64,000 bases of DNA from Chrysomallon squamiferum (taxonomy: Eukaryota; Animalia; Mollusca), in contig CM022665.1 in NCBI GenBank assembly GCA_012295275.1, positions 24,428,001 through 24,492,000 of the forward strand, read 5' to 3'. Position numbers and translations under genes: made by a program. Shown here in pieces: positions 56,082-64,000 of this stretch. Within the stretch, counting starts at the first letter, position 1; each line of letters opens with the position of its first letter. The notes beneath the pieces are model-generated. The model searched no databases, had not been told where the DNA came from, and saw only the letters and a list, made by a program, of their open reading frames with translations.

Positions 56082-56667
56082 GGATTATGAGCAAGTATTT
56101 TTGTCTGTTATTTCTTATTTAAATAAGACATTTATCTGTTTAATTTTTTTTTAATAATAATAAGATGTAAATTATACAACATTTCGTGATTTGGTGTTGC
56201 TGAGATAAGATATTTAATTATACTTTGATATGTCAAACTTTATTTCACGAAACAGGATCAACAAGACGGCCATAGATAAATAATGCAAGACAAGCCATAG
56301 AATATGAATTTATTTGATTTTTACTTCTCCAATACATCTTTCTTTATCTTTTGTGCTTAATTCTTATCCTCCTTTTTTATTTAACCTTTTATCCCCTCTT
56401 ATATAAAACTACTGCGTTTTATTATGAAGACGAAAAGGATATATAAAAAAAAAAAAAAAAAAAAAAAATGACTTTAAAAAAGAGAGAGAAAAAAACAACA
56501 ATAACAATAGAAAACGAATAAACAGTTATATAGTTTATTACACCTTCTTTTGGTATCACCTGGCAACTTACCCATTACCTCGACTAGTTAGTTGTTTGAA
56601 AAATAAAATAATACATTTAGTCTGCCTTGATGCTTGTTCAGTAAGTGACCGGTTACATATTATACAT

Positions 56668-56727
<60 letters not shown>

Positions 56728-56835
56728 CAGTCCTTCAGTCGTTTACAACAGTAACAACATGATGTTAATTTTTGAAATGGCTATTTATTACTGTATATAA
56801 AAATCACCGTATCTTTAAGATAACTAAATACAACG

Positions 56836-57772
56836 ATGGAGGAAAAACATATTCAACTTCTTCATAAATCCTGGGAACTGTTCAATGAAGGAGATCTTTT
56901 AGAAAATGGAGCTCACATGTACTTCAGGTATTCTATTTTAGTTCTCGTGATTTGATTAAGAAAATTCTCATGTAAAACTATTTTATAAATTTCTTATTTA
57001 TAGTGCCTTTTATCAATGTCCAGTAAATAAATATATAGCATATTCTAATGAAATTTTGATAAATTTAAGCTTTTAGAATATGTTAATGATTTTGCTAATT
57101 TTTTTTCTTTTACAACTGTAGGTTATTTTCAAAATATCCCACAGCAAAATCCTTATTCAGTTTCAACGACAATGAAGAACTGACGCCTGAAAATTTCCGC
57201 GAAAATGTAAAGTTCTGCCACCATTTAAAGATGCTGTTTAGAGACACCATGAACGCCGTCATCAACGGCCTGAACGACATCATGGACCTGGCAGCACTTG
57301 TGCCATTTCTTAAAGGTCTAGGTGAACGTCATCATACCCGCGGCATCACCAAATACTTTGATGTGAGTGTTTGCGATTATTTATCTTCGTATAGTTATTC
57401 TTTGGAACTGTTGCATATGCCTGCATAATGTAATAATGATCTACCTGCATTTATAATAATATGGTTGTTTTTAATTATTACTATTAAATTTATTTTCTCT
57501 AAGTTTTATAATAAATATAAAAAAGTAATTTTAAATAAATTTTAAAATAATAATAATAATAATAATAAAATGTGATATTTAAGCAGACAAATAAAACATA
57601 CAATTTTATTCAAATATATTCATACCCACACTCACATACATATGTATTCCAGATTTCGTTTGATGACAGTCAATAAATGTCTTCTTTGTTTATAGTTGTT
57701 TTTGGAAAATATATTTTTTAATTTTTTAATTATTATTATTAATTTTTATTTTCATATATATATATATATTTA

Positions 57773-57803
<31 letters not shown>

Positions 57804-57976
57804 TTTATTTTTTCCTGATACAGGCACTGGGTGAATGTCTCTATTACGCACTGGAACGTAAACTCGGGACACAATTTACTCCAGAGGTGAAAGAAGCCTG
57901 GATTGCCTTGTACGGAATCATTGAGATAAACATGAAAGCTGGGATGGCCGAACAAGCGAGAAAGGATGGACAATGA
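56836..57976 (+). CDS. Globin 4: single-domain cytoplasmic globin (TyrB10/HisE7), 161 aa; join(56836..56927,57122..57362,57824..57976)
   Basis: MEEKHIQLLHKSWELFNEGDLLENGAHMYFR|LFSKYPTAKSLFSFNDNEELTPENFRENVKFCHHLKMLFRDTMNAVINGLNDIMDLAALVPFLKGLGERHHTRGITKYFD|ALGECLYYALERKLGTQFTPEVKEAWIALYGIIEINMKAGMAEQARKDGQ*. Intact frame and same intron phases. Closest to globin 3 (shared FNEGDxxENGAHMYFRLFSKYP and LFSFNDNE). Confidence 0.95.
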
Positions 57977-58909
57977 TGTACCACTTTAGTATTTAAATTA
58001 ATAAGCTGCACTGTGTGACATATTGGAGTATGAAATATTATGCGTATTAAACATGGCGCAAACAAGCCCACTACTGAAAATGGAAGACGAAGAAAATGCA
58101 TGCATTTTAGACGTTACTGAAATTTTCAAATGGGCAAGGAAAGGACATAATATTTCAAAACATCTTTGTCCTTGTGATGCATAAAGAAAAGAATAAAAAA
58201 TAAATAAATAAATAAAAACACCTATATTTAATCGAGCTAAATATACAACCACGTATTTAAGTTTTAATGAATTAACAATAATCATTTATGCTTTTATTTT
58301 TTTTATATAATATCATTGCCATTAAATTATATTAGAAAACTCCATTTTGTTGTTTTGTGATATGTTTGGAAATTATGAATTTTGCTACACTTGATTTTTG
58401 TGGACTGGGTAGTAGCAGTGTGCTAAAGTTAATAATGTGAGTGCAAGTAGTTTTTAGCCTGTTTTCTTCTAAAGAACTGTGGAAGCATGCCCAACAAGGA
58501 CACAATGTCTAACTTTATCTAATCCATCAAAGCCATAAACATGTGATGTTGGCATTACTGATAGCTTGAAAATTAAAAGATAGATATTAAAATAAGCATA
58601 TTATTTCATTCTGTTTGTGTACAATTTAGCCTCCACTGATTTTTACCATGTCATACTAATTATTTTAAATGTCTTATATAACTGCATAACTCTGAAGTTT
58701 AATATTCCTGAAAAACTCTTATTTGATAATTTTCTACAGTGTCACAAGGTGGGTTCTTATTTTTTTATTTTTTTTATTATTTGTTTTGTTTTTTCACAGA
58801 TAATTCAGTTAAACATAAGGATAAAATAAACTAAAATTAAAAATCAGCAACCTCCACACCATAAAACAAATACATATTGCAGTTTCTTGGTTTTTTTTTT
58901 TTTTTATTT

Positions 58910-58942
<33 letters not shown>

Positions 58943-59315
58943 TTTTTTTTTTTTAATAATAAAAATTATCTTTCATTTTGGCATTGCTGGGATGTTTTCT
59001 AATACATTTAAAAAAAAAAAAAAAAAAAAAATTAAGCACTTTCATTTACAGTTATAAACTAAATCAGTTTAAAGTCCTATCAAAAATTTAACCAATAATA
59101 TTCTAAAATATGATCTTAAGAAAAACAAAAGCAATATTTGTATTCTTAAATTTTATTTTCAGATTTTCATTTATGACACAAGTTGTATCATTAGAATACA
59201 TGATTAGTTTCACAGAAAACTCATCAAACTCACACGAAAACAGTCCTGTGTTATCTCAGCAGGCCTAATCTTAACTTTCTATGGTAGGAAGATAGTATTT
59301 CTGCATGCATGTAGT

Positions 59316-59397
59316 TTAATAAACAAAACTATTGTTTTAAAAGAAGTTTAGTTAGTTCCAAATAGCCATATAATAATGTTAATAAGAAATTTTATTG
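59316..59397. repeat. Dispersed ~80-bp repeat, second copy at about 48602-48678
   Basis: taataaacaaa..tattgttttaa..agtttagttagtt(t/c)caaata(a/g)ccatataat(g/a)atgttaataagaaatt at both sites. Confidence 0.75.
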
Positions 59398-62300
59398 ATA
59401 TAAAATAAAAGCTGAAAACAAGACATAAAAATCGGGTTTATGGTAACTGTTTTTAGTAACAAGGTTATTTTAATAAACAGTTTAATTATATTGTTTCATA
59501 TACACAGCCTTATTTGAGTATTAACTTTTTTATTTCATTCTTCAAAGTGAACAAAAGCATAAATTAAATTTAAAAGAAAAGAAATATCTATTAATAATGA
59601 AAACATAAATTTAAAATGTTTTAAAGGCAAAAATATCTGTTAATACTCAAAAATAATAATTAAAAAAAATGAAAACAAAAATTTATTTAATGATTTTCAT
59701 CATAGGAGGTAAATTAAAAATATATATTGTAATTTTTTTTAAATAAACTGCTTTTTTATCTTTTGAGACTTCTTACCACTGGCAATGAATGTAAGCATCA
59801 TGTACACTCTGGTACAACTTTGACTTCCCACCAATACATATTAAAATATACAAAAATAATTTTGTAATGTAATACTTAATGGTTGTGAATATTGAGTATC
59901 TCTCTTATTTGCTCGCTCTTAACTGTACAGTACATTTTTGGGATATAGTTTACACAAGTGTGCATAAAAACTAATTTGATCAAGAAATGAACATGATTGG
60001 GGGTTTTAAATCATTTTCATCATCCATATATTTTTAACTGATGAAAAAATCAATTGAATATAGAAAGTTCATTCATATAAACTGTATTAATTTAATTTAG
60101 AAAATTTTGTAACATACACCTACTCAAAAAAGACAATTACCTTGAGTAAAATTCTGTTAAATATAAGTTAATAACATTATTATAAAAAGCAGTATTAAAT
60201 AATCTCTTCTTTTTTTTTTACTGATTAAAAATCTGAATTAAAAAATAATTAGGCAAAACTAATAGCTTAAAAAGATTATATGTATATATATATATAAAGA
60301 CAGAGTGAAAGAAAGAACTAAATAAATAAATAAATTATTGCGTAAGACATTCCAGCAACAAATAAAAAAAAAGAACTAACAAATAATTTAAACTAATTTA
60401 TTGCACATGACACATTTTGTTTTTCTTCAGAAAAATATTATCAAAACAAGGTGTATAGAACCAACACTGGTGTAAACAACCATTAAAAACTGTTGGTATA
60501 TTCATAAATAAAGGGTAAAATAAATATTAATAATTAAAATACCCTTCTTCTCAAAATCCACTCACAATGAAAATATTCATTGTTATTTGAAAATTACAAA
60601 TGTCTTGATTTTTGTCTTTAAGCTGACTTCAGTATTACAAGTATTTAAAAACAAAAAATAAATTAAAAAAGGACTTTGTTGGATAAACTGTTATTTTTGT
60701 TATGTTTAAAACTAAATTTATTGTGTTTCTAAACCAGTAATCTCATGTTTAATTCAACAGTAAAAGAACATGTATTATTATTTCAACTAATGGCATTGAA
60801 TTGCAAATAATTTACCACTTCACAAATATTAAGCAATTGCTCACTCCCTATTAATAAATTACATGTAATATTTACATATTTATAATGGGTTTATTACACT
60901 GGTGAAAATAAGTTAAATGGAACAACTGTTTTTTCATGGTACAATTAATAAAATGGAGCTAACAGCAAAACTATCTAATTAAAATATGGCTTTGTGCACA
61001 CTCATATTGACCAATTTACATTTTCATGCAATAACACATTTTACTTGTTGTTTTCAGTTTTTTTCTCTCACAAACAAAAGCATATAAAACTATGCCACAA
61101 TTTGACATTAGTATAATGTGAATATTTTGAAAATAATAATTAGATTTTGTTTTAATTATTATTATTTTTTTTAATTTATTATTTTTTTAAAAACCTTTTT
61201 TTTTTTAAATTATTCATTTATTTTTTTTGCTGAGTATTATATTAGTCAGCAAACAAACCAAACCAATTAAAATTAAAAAAATAAATCACTGAAATTTAAT
61301 TAAATAACAGTAATCTTTTTTTCTTTATTAAAAGTAATGTTTGTAATAAATTAATAAAATTTTATATATTTACTTTAAAAATGCAAAACAGAACTTTCTT
61401 TAAAGAATAAAATATAAAAGCATGCATAAAGTAATTTTAAACTAAACACTTCGTGTATAATATTATCTTATTCTAGGAATGGACAAAAATGAAAAAGCAT
61501 TGAGTACTGTGAATAAAATAATTCTATATGGATATTCAGTACTAACAGAAACATTTAAACATTGCACTTTTGATTATTTCTTGTGTCATAATATATCAAA
61601 TATTGAACTGTATATATTGCAGAATGTGGAAATCAAAATTTGGCACATGCACATTCATCAATATTCATAAACATCATTAGTAAATAACTTCATTAAAATA
61701 TAAAGTAATATCAGTTATATGACATGTTGAATGATACATATACTACATTGTTTTCATCTGATCTTACAACAGTGAAGCACAGAATAATATAACTATCTGT
61801 TTTTCACGCACTAAACATTAAAGTTCAAGAGCAGAGACAGCTAGTATTTAAAATATTAACTTTCAAACAAGCAACACATAGAACCAATTACCTAATTTCT
61901 AGTTTTTCAAACAAAACATATTTTAAATTCATTTTTCATATAACAAATAACATCAGGAAAAACAAAAAACTTGTGATCAAAAAGGTTAACAATGAAAAAC
62001 CTTGCAAATAAATATTTATTATTGTTATTATTATATTTTAATCCATTCTTGTATCAAAGAATAAGGTTCATCCTGTACAATTCATACTTCTGTTGACTTA
62101 CTTCTGCAAAGATCAAAGTGGCAGATATTCTAAAATTCTGATTTTCCATCTTTTACGTTCATCATAATACACAAATACCAGTCCAAGTTTTGTATTTATT
62201 TCATACAATTGAAATTTTATGACCATCTCAGTATTTATCGTTTCAGAGACAGCCAACAAAACAGAACACTCTACAAAACTCTAATTAAAAATTCTACTGC

Positions 62301-62709
62301 AGCCAGTTTTCATTACTTTCTAAACACATCCACACAATTAGTAGAGGTCTTAGAAAACAAAAAACAAAGAAAAACCAAGGAAATAAAAGGCTGTGATAAT
62401 TTTATCTATGGGTTCTTCACAGCAAATACTAAAGCACAGTTAATGCAAATAAACAACATTTAAATTTCTATAACAAAATAGTTTTCTGAAGAAATAACTC
62501 CAGTTGATTAAAATTAATAAAAGGACAATCATTCACTTCTGTGTAACTGTACAATTCATATCAAAATCTGAATAAAACTTTAAGATGAAAACTAAACTGG
62601 AACTGTCATCAGTGATGAAAAATAACATGGGAATATTCTGTTTTGGATGTCACTGCAATATACAACACAAATTTTGTGTTGTAACAAAAAGACTTTGCTA
62701 TTAAGCTTG

Positions 62710-63053
62710 TCAAGAAACTTCATTTTCATACTGTTTGCGAAAGCATTCTCCCACTGGAATAAAGTTCCAGCATCGTTGTTGATACAACTCCCACACATAA
62801 GTTTCCTATAAACATTAAAAACAAAAAGAAAAAAAAAAAAAAAAATTTCAAACCTTAACAAAGATTAAGCATATAATATATGTAGGAAAAAAAAATGATA
62901 TTTGAAAAACAAAGAAAAACTTATTTTTTAAATGTAAATTAGTTTTAATGAATCTGTTTAATAAATAAGCAGAAAAATAAGTTTAATTTTCTTATACATG
63001 TAAAATGATTTATTTGAAGTATTCCACTTACAATAATAATAACAGAAATAATA

Positions 63054-63084
<31 letters not shown>

Positions 63085-63198
63085 GTAATATTGAAAATGA
63101 AAATGAAAATGGGAAAACAGAATAGAAAAAGAAAGGTAAAACTCACTTGTCCAGTATACTCTGTGTCAGGCTTATTAATTAAGTGCATCAAAAAGAAC
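62710..63198 (-). CDS. RyR: Ryanodine receptor, last two coding exons; complement(join(62710..62805,63147..63198)); rest of gene lies beyond the window
   Basis: Spliced minus-strand translation [17 protein letters not shown]|[31 protein letters not shown] matches the conserved RyR C-terminus (vertebrate [47 protein letters not shown], from recall). Canonical acceptors (ttcag, tatag) with pyrimidine tracts and a gtgagt donor. Confidence 0.95.
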
Positions 63199-64000
63199 CT
63201 GAATAATAAAAAATAAAAAATAAAATAAATATTTAGTCTTTAACTTAACATGCTACAGAAAGTACATATGTTTTGCAGTTTTGCCTTATGTTAATTATTG
63301 GGTTTTAAAGTTTATTTTACATCTTTTTTTTTCTTTGTTTGTTTCTTTTAACTGAAATAAACAAAACAATCCTTGACCAACAACATTCTTCAAGAAATAA
63401 AAGACAACAATTGGTTTTTAATATTTTTAAAATTTTGTGGAAACTGCAGTGTCAATAAAATAAATACATGTTTTATTAAAAACAATACTTACATATAGTT
63501 CGCAAAATTATGTTCATTTTGGACATGAGTCTCAAACCCATGCGGCACTTTGTCGAAATATTCTTTTCCAATCCCACAAATGAAACATTTGGACTGAAAT
63601 TACAAGATATTTTATTAATTAACAAAGCTTATAATATTATGACATTCAACTCTTTGAAAACAGTGTTACATACATATCCACTCTTTATTTTTCAAACCGA
63701 ACATATTGAAACCTTCAGTCAAATAAATTAACCAATAACTTCCCATATCTTTATTAAATGGTTATTAATATTTAAATTATTTATCCCTGACATACAAGAA
63801 TAGTGTTATTAATGATGATATGTAAAACGATAAATATTTAACAGGTGAAATATCAATAGTACCTCCATGTCTTCTTTGACTTGTTCTAACTGATCTCTCA
63901 ATTCTCCAAAGGCATCAATAATCAAACCTAAAAATGTTAAATGTTGAAACAAATTTATATCAATGTTAATCATTTTATACATAGTTTAATCTTTGTATTT

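Noticed and set aside
62592-62861. ORF-track 89-aa minus-strand ORF
   Set aside because: Wrong frame; the real coding frame is the RyR terminal exon 62710-62805.

Overview
AT-rich, microsatellite-dense animal genomic DNA with GT-AG introns; an invertebrate, plausibly a mollusc, though taxon is only an inference. Almost all ORF-track entries are microsatellite artefacts. Manual splicing recovers four tandem, co-oriented (+) single-domain globin genes at about 11.4-13.7, 27.9/29.3-33.1, 41.8-43.2 and 56.8-58.0 kb. All have B12.2 and G7.0 introns, PheCD1 and proximal HisF8, but they differ in key features. Globin 1 has an N-terminal MGC acylation motif. Globin 2 has Phe in place of the distal HisE7, Cys in place of GlyB6 and an acidic N-terminal extension. 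Globins 3 and 4 are TyrB10/HisE7 and share a conserved promoter block and non-coding first exon. The cluster lies tail-to-tail with the last two coding exons of a ryanodine receptor gene (- strand, 62.7-63.2 kb). The window also has a dense RCGTG (HIF-type) motif cluster, several CRE palindromes, a Tigger/pogo deletion derivative, hAT-like MITEs, SINE-like fragments, minisatellites and a CpG-depletion boundary near 58.3 kb.
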